A stretch of 64,000 nucleotides of DNA from NCBI GenBank assembly GCA_041392175.1, contig JAWKMP010000007.1, positions 6,134-70,133 on the forward strand. The letters are read 5' to 3'. Shown piece by piece: positions 1-9,594 of the stretch. The stretch's first letter is position 1; each line of letters opens with the position of its first letter. This DNA is from Flavobacteriaceae bacterium. Its GTDB lineage: Bacteria > Bacteroidota > Bacteroidia > Flavobacteriales > Flavobacteriaceae. The position numbers and the translations under genes were made by a program. The notes under the pieces are model-generated. The model did not search any database and was not told the origin of the DNA. It saw only the letters and a program-made list of their open reading frames with translations.

Positions 1-630
1 ATCATCACTCAACAAAAATACGGCAGCTTTTGCAATATCTGTGGGTGTACCAATACGTTTTAACGGGTGGCGTTCTGCCATTTTTTCTTTTTTCTCTTCT
101 GAAACAACCAATTTATGCGCTAATGGGGTTTCGGTGAGGGAGGGAGCAATTACGTTGACCCGAAAACTGGGCGCGTATTCTGCAGCCAATGCTTTAGCAA
201 AACCTTCGATGGCTCCTTTCGCAGCGGCCACACTAGTATGAAACGGCATCCCCACCTGAACGGCTACGGTGCTAAAAAACACTAAACTAGCTTGAGAAGC
301 ATTTTTTAGTTGGGGAAGCAACGAGTGCACTACTTTTACCAACGATACAAAGTTGATTTCTAGGTCTTCCTGAAAATTTTCGGGCTTCAACATTTTAAAA
401 GGCCGAAGATTGATACTTCCCGGGCAATAGACTAACCCATCAATGACATTGGGTACCTCGCATTGTGAGATGTCATCTTTTAATGCATCAAAAGGAAGGT
501 GAATACAACCATTGGGAATAGCATCAGCGGTACGGGAAGCTATGTAGACTTGATGGGAAGTGTTTAGTTGGGAAGCAATTTCATGACCAATTCCGTAGGA
601 GCCTCCAATAAGCAAAATATTCTTCTTCAT
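1..630 (-). CDS. SDR family oxidoreductase (3' end truncated by window edge)
   Basis: Not in the ORF track. Manual translation from ATG at 630 gives MKKNILLIGGSYGIG (Rossmann motif) and later RVNVIAPSLTETPL. ATGA overlap with the upstream gene. Confidence 0.85.
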   Translation of the reverse strand, partial: MKKNILLIGGSYGIGHEIASQLNTSHQVYIASRTADAIPNGCIHLPFDALKDDISQCEVPNVIDGLVYCPGSINLRPFKMLKPENFQEDLEINFVSLVKVVHSLLPQLKNASQASLVFFSTVAVQVGMPFHTSVAAAKGAIEGFAKALAAEYAPSFRVNVIAPSLTETPLAHKLVVSEEKKEKMAERHPLKRIGTPTDIAKAAVFLLSDD

Positions 631-1097
631 AGCAATTTTTCTTTTTCAAAGAGGGTGTTTATTTTTTCTTTTCGATAGGTAAATATTTCTTCCAATTTGG
701 GCCGTACCAGTATGGGATGCAGTAGAGTTCCCAACCATCCAAAAGGTACCTTGTAATGAATAAGGTCTTCCATTTCCACACCACCGGGTACTTCTTTTAG
801 AAAATGTTTATGGTGCCAAAGAGCATAAGGCCCAAAGCGTTGCTCATCCACAAAATATTCTAAATTCTTTACATGGGTAATTTCGGTGACCCAAGTGGTT
901 TTGATACCCAAAACAGGAGTTACTACATATTCAATGATTTGGCCGGGATACATATTCCGTTCAGCTCCTGACATAATATGAAACCCCATATAGTCTGGGG
1001 TAATGACCTTCAAATTTTTTGGGTCCGACAGAAAATCCCAGGCTTCTTGCAGGGATATGGGCAAAAATTGCGTATAGTGTAAAGTGTAAATTTTCAA
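627..1097 (-). CDS. SRPBCC family protein
   Basis: ISLQEAWDFLSDPKNL, FVDEQRFGPYALWHHKH motifs; TTG start. Confidence 0.85.
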   Translation of the reverse strand: MKIYTLHYTQFLPISLQEAWDFLSDPKNLKVITPDYMGFHIMSGAERNMYPGQIIEYVVTPVLGIKTTWVTEITHVKNLEYFVDEQRFGPYALWHHKHFLKEVPGGVEMEDLIHYKVPFGWLGTLLHPILVRPKLEEIFTYRKEKINTLFEKEKLL

Positions 1098-1472
1098 CAG
1101 AATAGTTACTTTCTGTAAAAATACATTTTGTTTAATAAAAAATCTATAATATTAAACAAAATTTAACCTTCTTTTTTCAAAGAAAGTACCTGTCGGTTCA
1201 TATGCAATAACCTATAGATACTTCGTTTTCTTTTTTGCTCTTGGGTAGGGGATTTCCCCAAAAACTTATTCAGGAGTCTTTGCATTTTTTCTTTAAAGAT
1301 AGCACGAGTCATTATTGGGTGAAAGGGGATTTAGTACAATTAACCATAATTTAGCAGCAAATTAATTTTGAGGCTCTTCTATTTATTACGAAGTAAATGC
1401 TTTTAAGGTTTTGTTAACTTTTACCCTCACTTTCAAGTAGTATCTTAGGGCGGTAAAACTAAAAAAACCATC

Positions 1473-2333
1473 ATGAAAAAAATACTTCTATTTGTAGCGG
1501 TAAGCTTTTTTACCTATTCGGGTTTTTCTCAAATTGAAACCCCAGCAGCAAGTCCATCTCAAAAAATTGAGCAAACAGTTGGATTAACCAATGTTACCCT
1601 TGAGTATTCCAGACCTTCCATGAAAGGCAGGAAAATATTTGGCGATTTGGTTCCTTATGACAACGTTTGGAGGACCGGTGCCAATGCCAATACCAAAATT
1701 ACTTTTAGCGATGATGTTATGGTAAATGGAACCACTTTAAAGGCAGGTTCATATGCCATTTACACCAAACCCAGCCAAAGAACCTGGGAAGTCTATTTTT
1801 ATACCGATACTAATAATTGGGGAACACCTCAAGAATGGGACGAAGCCAAAGTAGCATCCACAGTTAAGGTAAATACTTACCCTATACCTATGCCCATTGA
1901 AACCTTTACCATGTCTTTTGACGACTTAACAAATAGTACCGCAAACCTTGGTATTATGTGGGAAAACCTCTATGTGGGAGTGCCTATTACCTTCATGACC
2001 GATAAAGCAGTGAGCGCCAATATCGAAAAAGTGATGGGCGGGCCATCTTCCAATGATTATTATGCTGCAGCCGTTTATTATTTGGAGGCGGATAAAGACA
2101 TTAACAAAGCTAAAATGTGGATCGATAAAGCCATTGCCATGCGTGAGCAACCTGCATTTTGGTACTATCGTCAACAGTCATTGATTTATGCCAAAGCAGG
2201 TGATAAAAAAGGAGCTATTGCGGCAGCCAAGACTTCCTTAGATCTTGCTACAAAAGCGGGTAATGCCGATTATATCGCCTTAAATAAAAAATCCCTTTCG
2301 GTTTGGGAAGGAAGACCCAGCGCTGATAAATAA
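1473..2333 (+). CDS. DUF2911 domain secreted protein with C-terminal TPR-like helices
   Basis: Signal peptide; SPSQKIEQTVGLT..YSRPSMKGRKIFGDLVPY..VWRTGAN signature. Confidence 0.85.
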   Translation: MKKILLFVAVSFFTYSGFSQIETPAASPSQKIEQTVGLTNVTLEYSRPSMKGRKIFGDLVPYDNVWRTGANANTKITFSDDVMVNGTTLKAGSYAIYTKPSQRTWEVYFYTDTNNWGTPQEWDEAKVASTVKVNTYPIPMPIETFTMSFDDLTNSTANLGIMWENLYVGVPITFMTDKAVSANIEKVMGGPSSNDYYAAAVYYLEADKDINKAKMWIDKAIAMREQPAFWYYRQQSLIYAKAGDKKGAIAAAKTSLDLATKAGNADYIALNKKSLSVWEGRPSADK

Positions 2334-2355
2334 AATAGTGGCAATTTGAATAAAG

Positions 2356-2380
2356 AAGCGCTCCTTGGAGCGCTTTTTTT
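2356..2380. terminator. Intrinsic terminator between convergent genes
   Basis: Inverted repeat aagcgctcc/ggagcgctt followed by a T tract. Confidence 0.75.
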
Positions 2381-2381
2381 G

Positions 2382-3251
2382 TTAGGCCACAATGGTTTTA
2401 ATCTCGTTTCGGTATTGTGAAGGGTTTTTTCCGGTAAACTCTTTGAATTTTTTATTGAAATGCGAAAAGTTGTTGAACCCACATTCAAAGCATACATCGG
2501 TAATGCTAAGGTGTTTTTCGGCAAGGAGCTTGCATGCATGGACCAAGCGGTATTCATTCACAAACTGGGTAAAGGTTTTTCCGGTCTTGTTCTTAAAATA
2601 CCTGCTAAAGGCCTGTTCGGTCATGCTTACTTTATCGGCGATTTCTTCCAGTGCAATGGGCCTTGTAAATTGAGTACTCACAAAGCTATAAATGGTATCT
2701 AGGCGTTCGGTATCCTGTGGGCGGGATTCCAGTTGTACGTTTTCTACATTTAAAACGGTATATTCCTCACTTTCTGCCAATTCTTGGAGGATGTTCAAGA
2801 AAGAGACTAAGCGTTCGAAAGAGGATTGTTCCAAAAGGGCTTCAATTTTTGGGCCTACTTCTTCTTTGGTGTTGCCATGAAATACAATGCCCTGTTTACT
2901 TCGATTGAGTAGTTGTTTGATTTGTTTTAATTCAGGAGCTTCAAAAAAGTGGGGCCCTAAAAAATCTTCACGAACCTGGATACCCACTTCACTTTTGTTT
3001 TTGGTGAGGCAATCGGTAAATCCAAAATGGGGCAAATGGGCTCCTATGAAGATAAGGTCGCCATCATTGTAATAGGAAATATGATTTCCAATATGTCTTT
3101 TTCCATTTCCACCATTTACATAAACCAGTTCCATTTCGGGATGGTAATGCCATGAGGCAGGATTTTCGGTATTGAATTCCTTGAAGTTATTCACCGAAAG
3201 CGAACTCCCGTGTGAAAGGGGAATGGACTCAAATAAAGGTGTTTTCTTCAT
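2382..3251 (-). CDS. AraC family transcriptional regulator (cupin + HTH)
   Basis: WHYHPEMEL cupin; C-terminal CGFNNFSHFNKKFKEFTGKNPSQYR. Confidence 0.9.
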   Translation of the reverse strand: MKKTPLFESIPLSHGSSLSVNNFKEFNTENPASWHYHPEMELVYVNGGNGKRHIGNHISYYNDGDLIFIGAHLPHFGFTDCLTKNKSEVGIQVREDFLGPHFFEAPELKQIKQLLNRSKQGIVFHGNTKEEVGPKIEALLEQSSFERLVSFLNILQELAESEEYTVLNVENVQLESRPQDTERLDTIYSFVSTQFTRPIALEEIADKVSMTEQAFSRYFKNKTGKTFTQFVNEYRLVHACKLLAEKHLSITDVCFECGFNNFSHFNKKFKEFTGKNPSQYRNEIKTIVA

Positions 3252-3446
3252 CTTTTTTCACAAAGGTACAAGTGTTATGTATGCATAGCATGTGCAAATT
3301 TAACCTAAATATATGGTATTTTATCTTTTATTAGTTTTTAATGCGTCTATAATGATAAAATAGCATAGATATTCGCAAAATACGCAGGAGTGTAGGAAAA
3401 ATACCTGCCCCATCTTTGCCATAACAAATACTTAAAAACAGCAATT

Positions 3447-3779
3447 ATGAAAACAATGAAAAATGTATTGCTTACGGGATTATTGATGATCTCATTAATG
3501 GCAACTGCCAGTAACGAAAAAGGTGCTCCAAAAGTAGGGAACGTAACGATTACCGAACAAAACGAAACCGTAGCGGTTTCTGTATTGAATACCCAAAATG
3601 CAACCTATACCCTTTTTATCTACAGTGAAGATGGTACCATGGTATTCAAAAGTACATTAGGAAGCCACACTACGTTAGGAAAGGCTTTCAATTTCCAAAC
3701 GGCTCAAGAAGGTGTCTACACCTTTAAGTTGGTGACCAACGCGGGCGAAACGTTTGTTAAAGACATTAAAATCGGTTAA
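3447..3779 (+). CDS. Small secreted beta-sandwich hypothetical protein
   Basis: Signal peptide and beta-rich body ending EGVYTFKL; divergent from the AraC gene. Confidence 0.7.
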   Translation: MKTMKNVLLTGLLMISLMATASNEKGAPKVGNVTITEQNETVAVSVLNTQNATYTLFIYSEDGTMVFKSTLGSHTTLGKAFNFQTAQEGVYTFKLVTNAGETFVKDIKIG

Positions 3780-3807
3780 CAGTGATTTTAATTTTGGTCG
3801 TTAGAAG

Positions 3808-3834
3808 AAAGAGCAGCTTTGGCTGCTCTTTTTT
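3808..3834. terminator. Intrinsic terminator between convergent genes
   Basis: aaagagcagc-tttg-gctgctcttt hairpin with T tract. Confidence 0.75.
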
Positions 3835-3842
3835 ATTTGACA

Positions 3843-4157
3843 CTATTCAAAGTGAGATTGGTCTGGATCTTCATACCGTCTCAATCGGTTTTGTGTAGTG
3901 ATCAGCTCTTGCCGTAATTCTTGTATTTGTCCTAAAAGGTTCAATGCCACATCAATCCCTTCAAAGTTAAGATGTAGTTCATGGTGCATACGCACGATTT
4001 TTTCTACGAGGGTAACGGTTTCTTCAGAAATGTAAAGCGACTCCTTCACCTTGGCAATTTCTATTAAGCCATATTCATCCAATTGGCTAAAAAAAGACAT
4101 CTCAACCTCATAATGCGTGGATAATTCCTTTAGAGGGATTAGGTTTTTGGTATTCAT
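3843..4157 (-). CDS. cbpM: Chaperone modulator CbpM (MerR-like)
   Basis: Overlaps the downstream end of cbpA; [20 protein letters not shown] motif. Confidence 0.85.
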   Translation of the reverse strand: MNTKNLIPLKELSTHYEVEMSFFSQLDEYGLIEIAKVKESLYISEETVTLVEKIVRMHHELHLNFEGIDVALNLLGQIQELRQELITTQNRLRRYEDPDQSHFE

Positions 4158-5050
4158 GATGATCGAAGTTTCGCTAGTTCGGTTAGTAATTCTTTTTCCT
4201 TTGGGGTTAGGTTCTTGGGAAGCACAATTTTATAGGTAATAAATAAATCACCAAAATGCCCTTCCTTTTTATACTGGGGAAACCCTTTTCCCTTTAATTT
4301 TACGGTAGTTCCGTTTTGTGTTTCGGGTTTTACCTGAAGTTTTACTTTTCCATCCAGGGTACCCACGGTTATTTCCCCACCCAATAAGGCTTTGTAAACA
4401 TCCAGTGATACCGTGGTATGTAAATCGTCTCCATCTCTTTTGAATTGGGGATGATTTTCTATGGTGAATTGAATAAGTAAATCCCCATGAGGTCCATTAT
4501 TAATCCCTGGGCCGCCCTTTCCTTTGATTTTGATGACCTGTCCGTTTTTAACCCCAGCAGGAATGGTAAGGCGAATATTTTTGCCATTGACCGTCAAGGT
4601 GCGTTTATGGGTAGTATATACTTCTTCTAGGGGTAAGCGTAGCTCTGTATGGTAATCTTCTCCCCGAAATCGCATGGATCCCCTAGATCGTCCCTGTTGA
4701 CTTCCGCCACCAAACATCGATTCAAAGAAATCGGAATAATCACTTTCCGAAAAACCTCCTGTAGACTGGTACTGTTGCCGTTGTTGGGACTGTTGCTGTT
4801 GCCTGGCTTTCTCAAACTCTTCGGCATGTTTCCAGTCTTTGCCGTACTGGTCGTATTTTTTTCGGTTTTGGGGATCGCTTAAGACTTCATTGGCCTCGTT
4901 GATTTCCTTGAATTTCTTTTCAGCCTCAGGGTTGTTTGGGTTTACATCGGGATGGTATTTTCGGGCCAATTTACGATAAGCCTTTTTGATCTCGGCCTCG
5001 GTTGCCGTTTTGTCGACTCCCAAAATGCTATAATAATCGATAAAAGCCAT
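4154..5050 (-). CDS. cbpA: DnaJ-class chaperone CbpA
   Basis: J domain with HPD (KYHPDVN), no zinc finger, DnaJ C-terminal domain, paired with cbpM. Confidence 0.9.
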   Translation of the reverse strand: MAFIDYYSILGVDKTATEAEIKKAYRKLARKYHPDVNPNNPEAEKKFKEINEANEVLSDPQNRKKYDQYGKDWKHAEEFEKARQQQQSQQRQQYQSTGGFSESDYSDFFESMFGGGSQQGRSRGSMRFRGEDYHTELRLPLEEVYTTHKRTLTVNGKNIRLTIPAGVKNGQVIKIKGKGGPGINNGPHGDLLIQFTIENHPQFKRDGDDLHTTVSLDVYKALLGGEITVGTLDGKVKLQVKPETQNGTTVKLKGKGFPQYKKEGHFGDLFITYKIVLPKNLTPKEKELLTELAKLRSS

Positions 5051-5084
5051 TTTTGTACTAAAATTACTTTCGGAAGATAGTATT

Positions 5085-5092
5085 CAAAGGTA
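5085..5092 (-). promoter_or_regulatory. Bacteroidota -7 promoter element for cbpA
   Basis: TACCTTTG matches the TAnnTTTG consensus, 35 bp upstream of the ATG. Confidence 0.55.
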
Positions 5093-5168
5093 CAAAAAAT
5101 GGATGGGAGAGGGGATGATAATAATCAGTTGTTCTATTGATTTTAACTGAAAATTAGGAACTCTTTTT

Positions 5169-5516
5169 TTAGGTGCGTAAGATTTTTTCAAGGGCTTTTC
5201 CCTTCGCCAACTCATCAATCACTTTATCCAAATATCGAATCTTTTGCATTAAGGGATCTTCTATCTCTTCCACTCGATAGCCACAAATGACCCCTGTAAT
5301 CTTTGATGCATTGGAATTCAATTTTGCTTGGGCAAAAAATGCCTCAAAAGTGGTTTTTTGATCGATGTGTTCCTGCAAGGCTTTTGGGCTGTACCCGGTG
5401 AGCCATTCAATCACCGTGTGTAGTTCCTCCTCTGTACGGCCTTTTTTTTCTACTTTGGCAAGGTAGTGGGGGTACACGCTGGCAAAAGACATTTGGAAGA
5501 CTCGGTTGTTTTTCAT
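5169..5516 (-). CDS. DUF2200 family protein
   Basis: [46 protein letters not shown]. Confidence 0.85.
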   Translation of the reverse strand: MKNNRVFQMSFASVYPHYLAKVEKKGRTEEELHTVIEWLTGYSPKALQEHIDQKTTFEAFFAQAKLNSNASKITGVICGYRVEEIEDPLMQKIRYLDKVIDELAKGKALEKILRT

Positions 5517-5542
5517 TTTGACGGGATTAATTTAATAATGAG

Positions 5543-5914
5543 CTATTTCTTCTTTTTCAACTGGGCTTTCTCCCAGTTTTCTGTTTTCCGAAAAAGGGCA
5601 ATCTCGACCATTAATTTCAATGGAATAGGCTGATCTATGGGAAACTGGATCGCTCCTTTTGAGGTAGCGTAGGGAGCCAATTGTTTGGCAAAAGCCGTAA
5701 TACCCGATGGGGCTGGGTAGTAACCAATGTGGTTTTTCTGTGCGGCATAATGCACTAAGTTCCCATGAAAAACAAGCGTAGGCATACCATATTTAATAGC
5801 TTCTGTAGCTTCGGGCACAGCTTTTTGCAACTGTTTGCGTATTTCTTTTAAAATGTGTTGCTTTTCGGCAGGCTGAACTGCTATGTAGGCGTCTACGTTT
5901 GCATATGCTTTCAT
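5543..5914 (-). CDS. DUF1801/YdhG-like protein
   Basis: VDAYIA..PEATEAIKYGMP..HIGYYP..SKGAIQFP. Confidence 0.85.
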   Translation of the reverse strand: MKAYANVDAYIAVQPAEKQHILKEIRKQLQKAVPEATEAIKYGMPTLVFHGNLVHYAAQKNHIGYYPAPSGITAFAKQLAPYATSKGAIQFPIDQPIPLKLMVEIALFRKTENWEKAQLKKKK

Positions 5915-5916
5915 GA

Positions 5917-6910
5917 TTATGGATTTATATTCAAATTTACAAAAACAGGCGTTCCGTAGGACGTTCCGCGTTTATAATGTACGGATACAATTACTTTATT
6001 ATTTCTATCATCCGTATATTGAAATTTGATGCCATCGCCATCTTTAGTAGCCACATAGGTTACCGTGTAGCATTGCTTTTCTGGATTTACATCTAGCCAC
6101 GTTTGGGTGGGGTACATACTGTGACTGCAAATAATGCCTATGTGGTATAGTTCTCTATCGGTAAATTGATGATCATACAGGCTGCCAGGAAGTTCTAGCT
6201 TTCCTTCAATTTGCACATTACTACTGTTGGGTATTTGGTATAATTTTGCCTTGTAATACCCTTGTATAGCAATTTCTTGTCCGTTGGTAGAGTTATTACG
6301 GGTATAAATGGTTCTTGGATTGCAATCTCTTTTTTTCTTATCTGCATCTTCCAGAGTTTCCCAAGACATTAATATTGTTATTTTTTCATTTCCCACACTG
6401 CGGGTTAAACTTGTGTACTCCCGTTGGGTGTTTTTTACAATGGTGGGGATAGTGCCGCCATTAATACGTTGTTTAAATGCAGACCAGCTTCTCTGCCTTT
6501 TTGGGAAAGTCTACATTGTCTTTATTCCCAAAAATAATAACGAATTACATAAGCAATTCATTTCTCTTTGGTTATCTACTAAAAAAGGACTTAGGTAATT
6601 ATTTAAGTATTTTTGAATCTACGTCTACTTTCTTTACTACAAAATTGGCGTAATGATGAAAGTTTCGTTTCCCAGAACATCCTGGAAGCTTTTCCTTTAA
6701 TACTGCATTTTTACGGGGATGATTTTTTAATTTTTCATCAAATTGCATCCATAATCTCCCTAAAATGGAGCCGATACTTTCACCTTTAATAGCTGCATAT
6801 CATTCTTGCTCTAAAGGAGTAATTTCAATAATTCCAGAATAATGCTCAGGAACTTGAGCCCATAAGAGGATGGAAAAGAAAAATATGGAAATACTAAAAA
6901 ATGTCTTCAT
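5917..6910 (-). pseudogene. Disrupted secreted hypothetical protein; ORF 5917-6396 is its intact 3' part
   Basis: ATG at 6910 gives a signal peptide MKTFFSISIFFFSILLWAQ. An in-frame TGA near 6801 and frame changes at about 6480-6600 precede the join to the 5917-6396 frame. Confidence 0.55.
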
Positions 6911-6959
6911 AAGTACTATTTTTTATGAAGCGTAAGGTTTCTACGTAAAGTAAAAATAC

Positions 6960-9359
6960 TTATTTCCCAATAATATGCAACTCGGTAAAGTTTTTGTCTA
7001 CTGTAAGCGAGGTATTTCCGTTTACCTTTAGCTTGGAAAGAGACGTTACCTGGTTGTCCACTTCAATGGTGGTAATGGTAAAGGGCAATCGCTTCAGATC
7101 AAGCTTGAACTTGGTATATGGTGTGGTATATTTTCCTTCTTTGTGTTGCTGAATGATCAATTCCTTAGGTTTTCCGGTAAGTTTGAAGGTCCTAAAGCTG
7201 AAGCGTCCCTTTCGGTAATCGTATCCATCATGGGCATCTTCATACAAGACCGATTCCTCCTTTCCATCCTTAAAATACACTTCCAGTTCTACTTCATCAA
7301 ATTCTTTTTCCCCTACATACTGTTGCACAGGATATTTCGGGATAATTGCCCCTTCTTTAATGAACATAGGGATACTGTCTATATCGGCATCAACCCAGAC
7401 TTCCTTTCCTCCTTTTACCACTTCGTGTGTCCAGTAATTGAACCATTTCCCTTTCGGGATGTACATACGTCTTCCTTTGGCATTGGGTTCCAAAATGGGG
7501 CACACCAAAATGTGGTCGCCCAACATAAACTCATCGGTTCTATAATAGGTTTGTGCGTCTTCTTGATCGAAAAGCACTAAGGGCTTAATCATGGGGGTTC
7601 CCTCGGTCACATACTGGCGGAAGGTAGTGTAGAGGTAAGGCAATAATTTATACCTAAGTTCCACAAACTTACGGGTAATGTTGGTCACATTTTCATCGAA
7701 GGACCAAGGTTCTTGGTCTCCGTGGTCTCCCGAAGAATGTACCCTACAAAAGGGATGGAAGATTCCTAACTGTATCCAGCGGATAAATAATTCGCCCGTA
7801 GGTTGTTCGGCAAATCCTCCAATATCGGTACCTATGAAACTCATCCCCGAAATCGCCATGCGTTGTATTTGCTGGTTGGCAATCCAAAGGTGTTCCCAAC
7901 TGGCTACATTATCACCGGTCCAACTGGACGTATAGCGTTGCGTACCCGAATAAGCCGCACGGGTAATGACAAAGGGCCTTTTTGGGAATACAAATTGTTT
8001 AACCCCTTTGTAGGTGGCACGGGCCATTTGCATGCCATAAATATTGTGGGCCTTGCTATGGCTACAGGGATTGCCATCATAGTCGTGCCGTACGTCCAGT
8101 GGGAAGGTTTTGGTGGGCACTTCCATCACGGCCGGTTCATTCATATCGTTCCAAACGCCGCTAATACCTATATCTTCGATCAATTCCTTGTACAATCCAC
8201 TCCACCATTTACGTACTTTAGGGTTGGTGAAATCGGGGAAATTACACTCTCCGGGCCATACTTTTCCTCGCATTAAAGGACCATCGGCGCGTTTACAGAA
8301 GTAATCATTTTCCAGCGCTTCCTGATACACAAAATAGTCTTTATCAATCTTGATTCCCGGGTCAATGATAGCCACTGTTTTAAAGCCTTCCTTTTCCAAA
8401 TCGGAAACCATCTTTTTGGGATCGGGGAAATAATCTTCATTCCACGTAAAGCAACGCCATCCGTCCATATAATCAATGTCAAGGTAAATGGCATCGCAGG
8501 GAATTTGTAGTTCCCTAAATTTTGACGTGATTTCCCGTACATTGCTTTCTGGGTAATAACTCCACTTGCTTTGGTGGTACCCAAGGGCCCATAAGGGAGG
8601 GAGTTCAGGCTTTCCGGTAAGATCGGTATAGCTGGTCACCACTTCGTTCATTTCGGGGCCGTAGAAAAAATAGTAGTTCATTTCCCCACCTTGCGCCCAG
8701 AAGCTGGTCACATTGCGGCGCTCTTGGCCAAAATCGAAAAAGGTCCTAAAGGTATTGTCGAAGAAAATCCCGTAGGAAAGATTATTGTGCAGCCCAATGT
8801 AAAAAGGAATAGCTTTATAGAGTGGGTCGCGGTCCTTTCCGAAGGCATACTCATCGGTCACCCAATTTTCAAAACGTTTTCCTTTTAGGTTAAAATGGGT
8901 AGGTTTGTCTCCCAAGCCATAATAGCATTCCAGTTTTTGTTCTTGCTTGCTCATTTTAACGATATCGCCACCGTGTTCATAGCTGTATTCCCAGTGAAAG
9001 CCAATTTCATCTTGGTTGATGAGGTTGCCTTCGATATCGTAAATGGTTTTATGCATATTGGCTTTCTCTATGTGCAAAACCAATTTTGCCGTTTGAATGA
9101 TAAAACGGTCGGCCGTTTCAGAATATTCCAAGTGGTTATAACCCCTTACGTGGTCTGTATCAAGGGCATAGCTGAAGTCTTTTGGGAAGCTTCCATAGGT
9201 AGTGTAGCGAAAGCGCAGTACGCTATCCCGTATCACGGTGACTTGTAGTAAGACACCATTTTCGGAAGCGATAAGGAATTTGTCTTTTTCTTTGGTAAAT
9301 TGTATAATTTGGGAGGGAAATTGGTTCCCTTTGTGTTCCAGTTCGGTATTTATAATCAT
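6960..9359 (-). CDS. GH31 alpha-glucosidase
   Basis: GVWNDMNEP nucleophile motif, WTGDN, LDIDYMDG. Confidence 0.92.
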   Translation of the reverse strand: MIINTELEHKGNQFPSQIIQFTKEKDKFLIASENGVLLQVTVIRDSVLRFRYTTYGSFPKDFSYALDTDHVRGYNHLEYSETADRFIIQTAKLVLHIEKANMHKTIYDIEGNLINQDEIGFHWEYSYEHGGDIVKMSKQEQKLECYYGLGDKPTHFNLKGKRFENWVTDEYAFGKDRDPLYKAIPFYIGLHNNLSYGIFFDNTFRTFFDFGQERRNVTSFWAQGGEMNYYFFYGPEMNEVVTSYTDLTGKPELPPLWALGYHQSKWSYYPESNVREITSKFRELQIPCDAIYLDIDYMDGWRCFTWNEDYFPDPKKMVSDLEKEGFKTVAIIDPGIKIDKDYFVYQEALENDYFCKRADGPLMRGKVWPGECNFPDFTNPKVRKWWSGLYKELIEDIGISGVWNDMNEPAVMEVPTKTFPLDVRHDYDGNPCSHSKAHNIYGMQMARATYKGVKQFVFPKRPFVITRAAYSGTQRYTSSWTGDNVASWEHLWIANQQIQRMAISGMSFIGTDIGGFAEQPTGELFIRWIQLGIFHPFCRVHSSGDHGDQEPWSFDENVTNITRKFVELRYKLLPYLYTTFRQYVTEGTPMIKPLVLFDQEDAQTYYRTDEFMLGDHILVCPILEPNAKGRRMYIPKGKWFNYWTHEVVKGGKEVWVDADIDSIPMFIKEGAIIPKYPVQQYVGEKEFDEVELEVYFKDGKEESVLYEDAHDGYDYRKGRFSFRTFKLTGKPKELIIQQHKEGKYTTPYTKFKLDLKRLPFTITTIEVDNQVTSLSKLKVNGNTSLTVDKNFTELHIIGK

Positions 9360-9554
9360 CTTTTAATCTTAAGATTAAGGCATTTTACAAATGAACGCTT
9401 TTCATTGAAAAACAAAACTATTCAAATGGAGTATTTAAAAAAAGTAATCAACAACCGAAATCGATTTCGTTAACTTTTTACCTCAGGATAGAGGTTAAAA
9501 AGGGCCAATTTCCCCAAAAAATTTAATGATTCCACACAGTAATTTGGAAATTCC

Positions 9555-9594
9555 TTATTTGGAATTGATTCTTTTTATTTGGAATTGATTCTTT
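9555..9594. repeat. 20-bp perfect tandem duplication covering the glgB stop codon
   Basis: ttatttggaattgattcttt at 9555-9574 and 9575-9594. Confidence 0.9.

Noticed and set aside
41-241. Plus-strand ORF 41-241 and the many other short antisense ORFs in the track
   Set aside because: They are shadows of well-supported genes on the opposite strand or in another frame.
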